Assembly: GCA_017399515.1 (NCBI GenBank) | Contig: JAFQBZ010000058.1 | Span: 1-35,909, forward strand | Length of the DNA stretch: 35,909 nucleotides | Source of the DNA: Clostridia bacterium | GTDB taxonomy: Bacteria; Bacillota; Clostridia; Christensenellales; UBA1242 | Direction: 5' to 3' | Shown here: positions 24,889 through 32,730 of the stretch, piece after piece | How positions within the stretch are numbered: the stretch's first letter is position 1 | Layout of the letters: every line of letters begins with the position of its first letter | The notes under the pieces: model-generated | Database searches by the model: none | What the model was told of the DNA's origin: nothing | The model's input: only the letters and a program-made list of their open reading frames with translations | Position numbers and translations under genes: made by a program

Positions 24889-25296
24889 ATGAAAGATTTA
24901 TTAAAAACTAATATTTATGATGTTGATGAAACCATTGTGATTGTTGGAAGTTGTTTGAAAGATGTTCAAACAAAGGCTTATAAACAGTTAGAAAAAATGA
25001 GCAAAAACATTTATGATTTGTGTTTAGAACAAACTCATATTAATATGGCGATAACAAAAATTGGTGGAATGATTCGAACCGGCAAAATTCAAAATATAAT
25101 TTTTGCGTCTGTTGATAAATCACCACATTGTGTGGGGCTTCATTACATTAGAAATGAACTTGAAAAAATGATGGATTTATCAAAAATCAAAATCACAAAT
25201 TTTGTGGCTGTTGATAATAAACTTATTGAAATTGATTCAAAAACAATTTCACTTTCAAAACATTTGAGTGAACTTAACAGAATAATTAATAATTAA
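24889..25296 (+). CDS. Hypothetical protein (135 aa), no family recognised
   Basis: Clean ORF with RBS AAAGGA, lying between trmD and rbgA. No TM segments or signal peptide. It has three Cys and an SPHCVGLHY segment. Confidence 0.5.
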   Translation: MKDLLKTNIYDVDETIVIVGSCLKDVQTKAYKQLEKMSKNIYDLCLEQTHINMAITKIGGMIRTGKIQNIIFASVDKSPHCVGLHYIRNELEKMMDLSKIKITNFVAVDNKLIEIDSKTISLSKHLSELNRIINN

Positions 25297-25306
25297 AGGA
25301 ATAGAG

Positions 25307-26173
25307 ATGGTTGATATTGTAAACAAGGGTGATACAAGAAAAAATTTGAAATGGTTTCCTGGTCATATGAAATCTGCTCTTGAAGACATTGAAGACAACA
25401 AAATTAAACTTGCTGATGTTATTTTGTATGTTCTAGATGCAAGAGCACCTTTTTCATGCATGAACCCTAATGTGAATAAAATTGTTCATAACAAGCCAAT
25501 TATTTATGTGTTTAACAAAATGGATTTGGCTGATGATAGGCGTGTTGCAGAAATTCAAAAAGAGTTTATTGAATCAGGAAAAACAACAATTTTAGTTTCA
25601 AGCAACAATGCTACTTTCAAAAATGCGGTAAAAACTGCACTTAAAACAGTTTTGAAAGAAAAGATTGAAAGGCATAAAGAAAAACAAATGACAGCGACTT
25701 ATAAGGTTTTGGTGCTTGGTGTTCCAAACACAGGAAAGAGCACTTTAATTAATATGCTTGCAGGCGTTAGAAAGGCAACAACGGGAAACATTGCGGGTGT
25801 TACTCGAGTTAACCAATGGATAAAAATTGATGATATGTTTATGCTTCTTGACACTCCTGGTGTTTTGTGGCCAAAGTTTGATGATGGTTTGTCAAGAAAT
25901 CTTGCGTATGTGGGCTCACTTTCTGATAAAGAGTTTGATATGACAGACCTTGGCTTTGAACTTATGCAAATTTTATTTGAGAAGTATCCAAATATTATCA
26001 AAGAAAAATATGATGTTGATTTTGACTTTGAAGAATTTATTGAACTTTATGATAGAATTTGTTTGAAACGTGGTTTTATTATGCGTGGAAATGAAATTGA
26101 TTATGAAAGGGCTGGAAGAACATTTATCACAGAATTTAGAAACGGAAAGTTTGGAAAAATTACTCTTGAATAG
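25307..26173 (+). CDS. rbgA: Ribosome biogenesis GTPase A (RbgA/YlqF, circularly permuted GTPase)
   Basis: WFPGHMKSA, NKMDL (G4) lies before GVPNTGKSTLIN (G1), then DTPG (G3). Confidence 0.93.
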   Translation: MVDIVNKGDTRKNLKWFPGHMKSALEDIEDNKIKLADVILYVLDARAPFSCMNPNVNKIVHNKPIIYVFNKMDLADDRRVAEIQKEFIESGKTTILVSSNNATFKNAVKTALKTVLKEKIERHKEKQMTATYKVLVLGVPNTGKSTLINMLAGVRKATTGNIAGVTRVNQWIKIDDMFMLLDTPGVLWPKFDDGLSRNLAYVGSLSDKEFDMTDLGFELMQILFEKYPNIIKEKYDVDFDFEEFIELYDRICLKRGFIMRGNEIDYERAGRTFITEFRNGKFGKITLE

Positions 26174-26181
26174 GTGAAATT

Positions 26182-26712
26182 ATGAAAGTTTTGATTGCGA
26201 CAAAAAATAAAGGCAAAGTTGAAGGTGCAAAAAGAGCATTTGAGAAATTTTTTGAAGATGTCGAAGTTGTTGGAATTTCTGCAGAATCAAATGTTCCTGA
26301 ACAACCTGTAAATGCAGAAACTTGGCATGGTGCTAAAAACAGAGTTAAGAATTTAAAAGCATATGCAAAAGAGAATGGCATTGAAGCCGATTATTATGTG
26401 TCTATTGAAAGCGGAATGACAAATGCACTTGATAGTTGGATGATTATAAACATTGCTGTTGTTGAAGATAAAAATGGCAATCAAAGTGTTTCGGCAAGCC
26501 CAGCGTTTCCTGTGCCTGATAAATATGTGGAAAAAATTAAAGAAATTGGGCTTGGGGCTTTAATGGATGAAATTTTTGATGCAGAAGATTTGCGAAGTCG
26601 TGGTGGTGGGATTCAGTTGCTCACACACAGTGTTGTGACAAGAATTGACCTTACAGAACTTGCATTTGAAATGGCTTTAACGAAGTTTATAAACAATGAA
26701 ATTTGGAAGTAG
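26182..26712 (+). CDS. Inosine/xanthosine triphosphatase (YjjX / DUF84 non-canonical purine NTP phosphatase family)
   Basis: The N-terminus VLIATKNKGKVEGAKRAF...SNVPEQPVNAETWHGAKNR parallels E. coli YjjX ATTNPAKI...[20 protein letters not shown] (recalled). Confidence 0.7.
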   Translation: MKVLIATKNKGKVEGAKRAFEKFFEDVEVVGISAESNVPEQPVNAETWHGAKNRVKNLKAYAKENGIEADYYVSIESGMTNALDSWMIINIAVVEDKNGNQSVSASPAFPVPDKYVEKIKEIGLGALMDEIFDAEDLRSRGGGIQLLTHSVVTRIDLTELAFEMALTKFINNEIWK

Positions 26713-27350
26713 AAGAGGCAAAAGTGGCAAGAGTTAAGAAAGAAAAAGAGTTTATTGATAAACTTAGGTTTGAAAAAGAAGAACAAGAAAAAGGCAATTT
26801 TTTAATCGCTGGAATGGATGAAGTTGGTCGCGGTCCACTTGCAGGTCCTGTTTGTGTTGCGTGCGTTATAATGCCTTTAGATGACATTATTGAAGGTATT
26901 GATGACAGTAAAAAGATTTCAGAAAAAAAGAGAAATGAACTCTTTCAAATTATAAAAGAAAAAGCGATTGCTTATTCAATTGAAATGGTTGATGAAAATA
27001 AAATTGATGAAATCAATATTTTGGAAGCGACAAAACTTTGCATGAAAAAGGCTGTTGAAGGTTTAACTTTAAAGCCAGATGTGGTTTTGGTTGATGCCAT
27101 TTCAAAACTTGATATATGTGTGCCTATTCGTGGAATAATTAAAGGTGATGCGCTTTCATATTCTATTGGTTGCGCGAGCATTTTAGCAAAAGTGACTCGT
27201 GACAATTTTATGTGTGAGATTGCAAAAAAATATCCAGAATATGGTTTTGAAAAACACAAAGGCTATGGAACAAAAGCACACATTGATGTGCTTAAAGAAA
27301 TTGGACCATGTGAATATCACAGGCTTTCATTTTTGAAATTTTTAGATTAG
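26703..27350 (+). CDS. rnhB: Ribonuclease HII
   Basis: IAGMDEVGRGPLAGPV, DDSKK and ASILAKVTRD. The start is uncertain: TTG 26703 from the track, or GTG 26724, which has better RBS spacing. Confidence 0.92.
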   Translation: MEVEEAKVARVKKEKEFIDKLRFEKEEQEKGNFLIAGMDEVGRGPLAGPVCVACVIMPLDDIIEGIDDSKKISEKKRNELFQIIKEKAIAYSIEMVDENKIDEINILEATKLCMKKAVEGLTLKPDVVLVDAISKLDICVPIRGIIKGDALSYSIGCASILAKVTRDNFMCEIAKKYPEYGFEKHKGYGTKAHIDVLKEIGPCEYHRLSFLKFLD

Positions 27351-27359
27351 GAAATTTTT

Positions 27360-27857
27360 ATGTTTAATGATGATACTTGGAAAATTGGTGAGCAAATGGC
27401 TCAAGAATATATGAAAAAGGCAGGGTATAAAATTATTTATACCAATTTTGCTGAGCGAGGTTTTGAACTTGATATTGTTGCAATTTTACCAAAAAAGATT
27501 CAGTTAAAAAATTTAAAGATAGATACAAAAAAGAAGATTATTGAACTTAAAGAAAAATTGAAAACAGATAAGAAAAAAGACAAAATTAAAGCGAAAATAA
27601 AGTTATTAAAAAATAACATTAAAAATATAAAATCAACAGTTAAAGACTTGCTTGTGATTACCGAAGTTAAATCAAGGGCAGATGACAGATTTGGAAGGGG
27701 CTGTGAGTGTATTGATCTTAAAAAAAGAAGTCATTTGATTCGCGGTGCTAAATATTTAACACAAATGAAGCAGTTTGAGGGAATGCAGGTTAGGTTTGAT
27801 ATTGCAAGTGTTGATTATAACAAAATTACATATATTGAAAATTCGTTTTGCTGCTAA
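27360..27857 (+). CDS. yraN: YraN/UPF0102-family PD-(D/E)xK endonuclease with a ~50-aa Lys-rich insertion
   Basis: GEQMAQEYMKKAGYKII, FELDIVA ... LLVITEVKSR ... RFDIASVD. The position after rnhB is the usual one. Confidence 0.75.
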   Translation: MFNDDTWKIGEQMAQEYMKKAGYKIIYTNFAERGFELDIVAILPKKIQLKNLKIDTKKKIIELKEKLKTDKKKDKIKAKIKLLKNNIKNIKSTVKDLLVITEVKSRADDRFGRGCECIDLKKRSHLIRGAKYLTQMKQFEGMQVRFDIASVDYNKITYIENSFCC

Positions 27858-27889
27858 ATTATTATAATTAAAAAAATATGCAAAAGCAC

Positions 27890-27918
27890 TTGATTTTATT
27901 TTTTTGTTGTGATATAAT
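27890..27918 (+). promoter_or_regulatory. Sigma-A-like promoter for rplS
   Basis: TTGATT (27890-27895), 17-nt spacer ending in TGa, TATAAT (27913-27918). Confidence 0.6.
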
Positions 27919-27998
27919 CGTAGCGTGAATTATGAGTGGTCCTCTGCACCAAAGAGCTAGCACGAACACTCTTACATACTATTGAAGGAGGAAAAACA
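27919..27998 (+). promoter_or_regulatory. Structured 5' leader of rplS (possible L19 autoregulatory leader)
   Basis: GAGTG (27934-27938) can pair with CACTC (27967-27971), enclosing CTCT (27942-27945)/AGAG (27953-27956). TCCTC (27940-27944) is complementary to the SD GAGGA (27988-27992). An L19 leader RNA is known in low-GC Gram-positives, but I cannot verify a match to its consensus. Confidence 0.35.
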
Positions 27999-28340
27999 AT
28001 GAATATTATTGATTCTATCGAAAAAGAAGGTATGCGCACTGATATTCCTGCATTTAACATTGGTGACACTGTTAAAGTTTTCGTTAAAGTTATTGAAGGA
28101 ACTCGCGAAAGATTGCAAGCATTTGAAGGTGTGGTTATAGCTCGTAAAAATGGTGGCATTAGAGAAACATTTACCGTTCGTCGTATTTCTTTTGGTATTG
28201 GCGTTGAAAGAACATTCCCAGTTCACTCACCAAAAATTGACCATATTGAAGTTGTTCGTCATGGTATTGTTAGAAGAGCTAAACTTTATTATCTTAAAGG
28301 CAAAACTGCTAAAAATTCAAGAATTAAAGAGGCTAGATAA
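27999..28340 (+). CDS. rplS: 50S ribosomal protein L19
   Basis: The product starts [27 protein letters not shown] and contains [32 protein letters not shown] 27999 follows GAAGGAGG. The track ORF starts upstream, inside the leader. Confidence 0.96.
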   Translation: MNIIDSIEKEGMRTDIPAFNIGDTVKVFVKVIEGTRERLQAFEGVVIARKNGGIRETFTVRRISFGIGVERTFPVHSPKIDHIEVVRHGIVRRAKLYYLKGKTAKNSRIKEAR

Positions 28341-28352
28341 TTTTATTAAATC

Positions 28353-28380
28353 AAGAAGTGCTGTTGCACTTCTTTTTTTT
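28353..28380 (+). terminator. Rho-independent terminator after rplS
   Basis: aagaagtgc (28353-28361) pairs with gcacttctt (28366-28374), followed by a T-run to 28380. Confidence 0.8.
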
Positions 28381-28400
28381 ATGCAAATTTGGTTTTAGTA

Positions 28401-28429
28401 TTGAAAAGTTTGAGTTATTGATATATACT
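28401..28429 (+). promoter_or_regulatory. Sigma-A-like promoter for the 281-aa ORF
   Basis: TTGAAA (28401-28406), 17-nt spacer, TATACT (28424-28429). Confidence 0.55.
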
Positions 28430-28442
28430 TTCTGTTAAGGAA

Positions 28443-29288
28443 ATGATTATGCAAAAAGAATTTGTTAAATATATGGGGTTGAGGTTTAAAAAGGCTAAAC
28501 TTCACAGTTGGGCAAAAGAGCGTTATGTTGATGCTGAAAATTTAGCGGAAGATAATGTTAAGTTTTATTATTCAAAGATGAAAGATTTAAAAACTATGTC
28601 AACTGAAGAATTTGATTCAATTCAAAGTGAATTTAATTTTGAGCCACATTATTTTTTAATTATGCAAATGTTAAATGAGTATACACTGGCTGAGCCAAAT
28701 CATAATTTAATTTTAGATAATGCAGACCTTTTTAGAAGTCTTGGGGCAAAAATAAATTATGACGATGTTTGTTTTGAATTTGAATTAGAAGATTTAAAAT
28801 TTATGGCAATAAAGTTATCACATTATTTTCCGTATGTGATGACTCATTTAACTGATATTGAAACCAGGGAAAGAGTGGGAAAGTGTCACCCATATTCGGT
28901 TGTGGTGGCAACACTTTTAGAAAGATTTAGGGGCAATAATAAGTATAAGATTTATCTTGCAACAGACAGAATTTATCAACTTTCAAATAAATCAAGATAT
29001 TTGCATAGTTGGGTTGAAATTGAAGAGAGTGAAAATGCTTTTGTTGTTGATGCAACAAAAAATTTAGTTATGGATAGAAGTGCTTATTATGAGATAAATC
29101 ATGTGGAAAGTCCTGAAAAAGTTGATTCAGTTCAACTTGCTAGAGATTATAAAAAAGTAAGAAAATTGACAGATTATGATGCATTTTTGGTTAAAGTTTA
29201 TTATGAAAATGCAGAAAATGGCAGACTTCTTTATGATGCACTTGTTAAAAGAGGTGAAATTGATGAAAGTGCACCAATGTCAAATTAA
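28443..29288 (+). CDS. Hypothetical protein with a transglutaminase-like (papain-fold) Cys-His-Asp core. Putative cysteine peptidase or transglutaminase
   Basis: RVGKCHPYSVVVATLL, then about 45 aa, then YLHSWVEIE, then about 10 aa, then FVVDATKN. This reproduces the G-x-C ... H-x-W-V-E ... D-x-T spacing of the transglutaminase-like superfamily. The likely true start is ATG 28449, 8 nt after AAGGAAA. Confidence 0.5.
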   Translation: MIMQKEFVKYMGLRFKKAKLHSWAKERYVDAENLAEDNVKFYYSKMKDLKTMSTEEFDSIQSEFNFEPHYFLIMQMLNEYTLAEPNHNLILDNADLFRSLGAKINYDDVCFEFELEDLKFMAIKLSHYFPYVMTHLTDIETRERVGKCHPYSVVVATLLERFRGNNKYKIYLATDRIYQLSNKSRYLHSWVEIEESENAFVVDATKNLVMDRSAYYEINHVESPEKVDSVQLARDYKKVRKLTDYDAFLVKVYYENAENGRLLYDALVKRGEIDESAPMSN

Positions 29289-29320
29289 ACTCTTTGCTTA
29301 ACAGCAGAGAGTTTTTGTTT
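29287..29320 (+). terminator. Rho-independent terminator after the 281-aa ORF
   Basis: aaactctttgc (29287-29297) pairs with gcagagagttt (29304-29314) with one G-U pair, followed by a T-rich tail. Confidence 0.7.
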
Positions 29321-29376
29321 GAATAATAATTTGTAAATTGATGTTTGTTGTGATATTATAAAATTAAGGAGATATT

Positions 29377-30903
29377 ATGTTTGCAAAGATTTTAAGTTTT
29401 GGGCTTAATGGACTTAATGGTTTTAAAATTGATGTTGAAGTTGACACAAATGTGGGGCTTCCGTCTTATGATATTGTAGGGCTTCCTGATGCGGCGGTAA
29501 AAGAATCTAAAGAGCGTGTTCGCTCAGCAATTAAAAATTCAAATTTTAGATTTCCAACAAACAGAATAACTGTGAACCTTGCACCGGCGAATGTTAGAAA
29601 GGTTGGTGCAAATTTTGATTTGCCAATTGCTGTTGCAATTTTGGTTTCATCAAATCAAATTCAAGAAGATAAATATAAAGATTATGTTTTTGTGGGTGAA
29701 CTAGGGCTTAATGGTGTGATAAAACCAGTGAATGGAATTTTGCCACTATTGATATCTGCAAGAAATGAAGGATTCAAAAACTTTGTTATTCCTAAAGCAA
29801 ATGAAAAAGAAGCAAGTTATATTGAAGGAATAACTGTTTATGCTTTAGAGAATTTAACAGAAGTTGTTTCATTTTTAACAGGCGTTTTAAATTTTGAATC
29901 AATAAGTCAAAATATATGGAATTACGAAGATTATGAAAACATAACTGAAGACTTTGCAAGAGTCAAAGGTCAAAAAATTGCAAAACGCGTTATGGAAATT
30001 GCAGTTGCAGGTGGACATAATATTTTAATGGTTGGACCTCCTGGGTCTGGAAAAACAATGATTGCAAGATGTGTACCATCAATAATGCCGAATTTGACAT
30101 TTGAAGAAGCGCTTGAAGTTACAAAAATTCATTCAATTGCTGGTGCGTTAGATTTATCTAAAGGCATCATTAAAACAAGACCGTTTAGAACGCCTCATCA
30201 CACAGCGTCAATGGTATCGCTTGTTGGTGGTGGAAGAGATGCAAAACCTGGTGAGGTAAGTCTTGCAAGCAATGGTGTTTTATTTATGGATGAACTTCCA
30301 GAGTATCCAAGAAATGTTCTTGAAACACTTAGACAGCCACTTGAAGATGGGGTGATAACGGTATCTCGTGCAAGTGGAACTTATGAGTATCCTGCAAATG
30401 TTATGCTTATTGCGAGTATGAATCCATGCCCATGTGGAAACTATGGCAGCAGAAATTTAACTTGCACTTGTTCTGCTGGAATGATTCAAAATTATATGAA
30501 AAAATTATCAGGTCCACTTCTTGACAGAATAGATTTAAAAATTGATGTTGACAGAGTTGATTTTTTAGACCTTTCAAATAAGTCGTTAGAAGAGCCTTCA
30601 GTTGAAATAAAAAAGAGAGTTGATAAAGCAAGAGAAATTCAAACAAAAAGATTTGTTGGAACCAACATTCACACAAATGCAAAAATGAATTCGAAAATGA
30701 TAAGTGAATATTGCAAACTTTCAAGTGAATCTGAAGAACTTGTTAAACTTGCTTTTGAGAGATATAAAATGTCTGCAAGGGGATACAATAGAATCTTGAA
30801 AGTTGCAAGAACAATCGCTGACCTTGCTGGTGAAAATGAGATTAATAGTGAGCATATTGCAGAGGCTCTTGCATATAGAAATATTGATAAATATGAATTA
30901 TAA
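29377..30903 (+). CDS. comM: YifB/ComM-family Mg-chelatase-like AAA+ ATPase
   Basis: Lon-protease-like N-domain (VGLPDAAVKESKERV), Walker A GPPGSGKTM, Walker B LFMDELPE, and PCPCG...CTC. 508 aa. Confidence 0.9.
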   Translation: MFAKILSFGLNGLNGFKIDVEVDTNVGLPSYDIVGLPDAAVKESKERVRSAIKNSNFRFPTNRITVNLAPANVRKVGANFDLPIAVAILVSSNQIQEDKYKDYVFVGELGLNGVIKPVNGILPLLISARNEGFKNFVIPKANEKEASYIEGITVYALENLTEVVSFLTGVLNFESISQNIWNYEDYENITEDFARVKGQKIAKRVMEIAVAGGHNILMVGPPGSGKTMIARCVPSIMPNLTFEEALEVTKIHSIAGALDLSKGIIKTRPFRTPHHTASMVSLVGGGRDAKPGEVSLASNGVLFMDELPEYPRNVLETLRQPLEDGVITVSRASGTYEYPANVMLIASMNPCPCGNYGSRNLTCTCSAGMIQNYMKKLSGPLLDRIDLKIDVDRVDFLDLSNKSLEEPSVEIKKRVDKAREIQTKRFVGTNIHTNAKMNSKMISEYCKLSSESEELVKLAFERYKMSARGYNRILKVARTIADLAGENEINSEHIAEALAYRNIDKYEL

Positions 30904-30915
30904 TGAAGGATAAAA

Positions 30916-32004
30916 ATGATGTTTAATGATGAAGAACTAGCGTTAATTTGGTTTGATTATAATGATATTAAATTCGCAAAAGTTGAGCAAATTTTAGAAG
31001 TATTTGACAAAATTAGTGATATTTTTAATAAAAATTTGGTAAAAAGTGCGATTTTTAAAAATAAATTATTTGATGAAATTAAAAATTTGATGCTTGAAAT
31101 TGACTATGAAGAGTTTAAAGAAAGGGTTTTAGATGAGTTTTATAAATATAACATTTTAGCGGTTACATTTGCGTCTAAGAAATATCCTGAAAAATTAAAG
31201 AATATTGAGAACCCTCCACTTGTAATTTATGCAAGAGGTGATATTTCGCTTTTGAATAAAAAATCAATTTCTATTGTTGGAACAAGAAAGCCGACAACTT
31301 ATGGAAAAATTGTTACAGAAAAATTTACCAAAGAATTATCATCTGCTGGGCTTGTGACTGTTTCAGGTCTTGCGTATGGAATTGATACCTGTGTTGCAAA
31401 TGCAACACTTGCTGCTGGCGGAAAAACTATTGCTGTTCTTGCTGGCGGGCTTGATTCAATTTATCCATCTCAAAACAAAGGGCTTGCTGATAAAATTGTG
31501 GAATCTGGTGGGCTTTTAATTTCAGAAAACAGAGTGACAATAAAACCGGTTCAATACTCGTTTATAGAGAGAAACAGAATTGTTTCAGGTTTAGGGCTTG
31601 GAACTTTAATTGTTGAGGCAGGAAAAACTAGTGGAACAATGGCAACTGCAAGGCATGCACTCGAGCAAGGCAGAGAACTTTTTGTTGTTCCAGGAAATAT
31701 ATATTCGCCAGAAAGTGAAGGAACGAACACACTTATTGATGAAATGCCTGACACATTTACAATTTGTCCTGAAAGAATTTTATATAGACTTAACATTAAG
31801 AAAAAAGAAACTAAAAAAACAGAAGTTCAAGTTGATATGATTGAAGGTGACATTTTAGATGTGCTTTCAAATGGCGAACTTTCATTTGATGAACTTGCAG
31901 ATAAAACAGGTTTAAAACCTTCAGAACTTTCAGCAAAACTTATTAAACTTGAAATGTTTGGGCTTGTTAAAAAAGGTCCATCAAACACATATTACAAAAT
32001 TTAA
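30916..32004 (+). CDS. dprA: DNA processing protein DprA (Smf)
   Basis: SIVGTRKPTTYG, the Rossmann-like core GLAYGIDTCVANATLAAGGKTIAVLAGGLD, FIERNRIVSGL and SGTMATARHALEQGRELFVVPG, plus a C-terminal winged helix. Confidence 0.92.
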   Translation: MMFNDEELALIWFDYNDIKFAKVEQILEVFDKISDIFNKNLVKSAIFKNKLFDEIKNLMLEIDYEEFKERVLDEFYKYNILAVTFASKKYPEKLKNIENPPLVIYARGDISLLNKKSISIVGTRKPTTYGKIVTEKFTKELSSAGLVTVSGLAYGIDTCVANATLAAGGKTIAVLAGGLDSIYPSQNKGLADKIVESGGLLISENRVTIKPVQYSFIERNRIVSGLGLGTLIVEAGKTSGTMATARHALEQGRELFVVPGNIYSPESEGTNTLIDEMPDTFTICPERILYRLNIKKKETKKTEVQVDMIEGDILDVLSNGELSFDELADKTGLKPSELSAKLIKLEMFGLVKKGPSNTYYKI

Positions 32005-32136
32005 CAAATTTATTTGTTATAGCAAAAAATTTTACAAAGGGCTTAAATCATTAAAACAAAATCACTTTTTTATCATTTGACAAAACGATTTTGTTTGTGT
32101 TAATTTTTATTGTAAAGTTTAAGGAGAATAATAATT

Positions 32137-32688
32137 ATGGATAAATCTATTAGATTTGAAACCGAAAGATTTGTGCTTAGAAAGTTTCAGTCAGGTGATG
32201 CAAAAAATATGTTTGACAATTATACGTCTAAAGATGTGGTTACAAAATATTTGTCATGGAAGTCACATGGGTCAGTTGAAGACACTGAAGGTTTTTTGAA
32301 TAATGTTGTTCTCCCTGATTATAATAATGAATATGTTTATAGATGGGCTATTGTTTGGAAAGAAACAAATGAAGTTATTGGATGCATTGATGTTGTTAAT
32401 ATGAATGGTGAAAGAACAAGAGCCGAACTTGGTTGGGTGTTATCTGATGAATTTTGGGGCAGAGGCATTATGCCAGAGGCTACAAGACTTGTAATTAAAT
32501 ATTTATTTGATGAAGGTTTTGCAAGAATTCAAGCATTCCACAATGTTGAAAACAAAAAGAGTGGAAGGGTTATGCAAAAGGTTGGCATGACACTTGAAGC
32601 CACAATGAAAAATTATTCAACAGACAACGAAGGAAATGTTATTGATGTTGATATGTATTCAATAACAAGCGTTAATGACTTGAAGTAA
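32137..32688 (+). CDS. GNAT-family N-acetyltransferase (RimJ/RimL-like)
   Basis: RFVLRKF...D...Y, and the acetyl-CoA motif WGRGIMPEATRLVIKYLFDE. 183 aa. Confidence 0.75.
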   Translation: MDKSIRFETERFVLRKFQSGDAKNMFDNYTSKDVVTKYLSWKSHGSVEDTEGFLNNVVLPDYNNEYVYRWAIVWKETNEVIGCIDVVNMNGERTRAELGWVLSDEFWGRGIMPEATRLVIKYLFDEGFARIQAFHNVENKKSGRVMQKVGMTLEATMKNYSTDNEGNVIDVDMYSITSVNDLK

Positions 32689-32730
32689 TATATATAATAT
32701 AGAATAGAAGAGAGAATTTTAGGAGATTTT

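Noticed and set aside
32003-32018. 16-bp palindrome AACAAAT-TT-ATTTGTT at the dprA stop, and the ACAAAATC/GATTTTGT inverted repeat at about 32062-32095
   Set aside because: They are AT-rich and short, so they are expected by chance in this composition. No U-run or known operator consensus is present.
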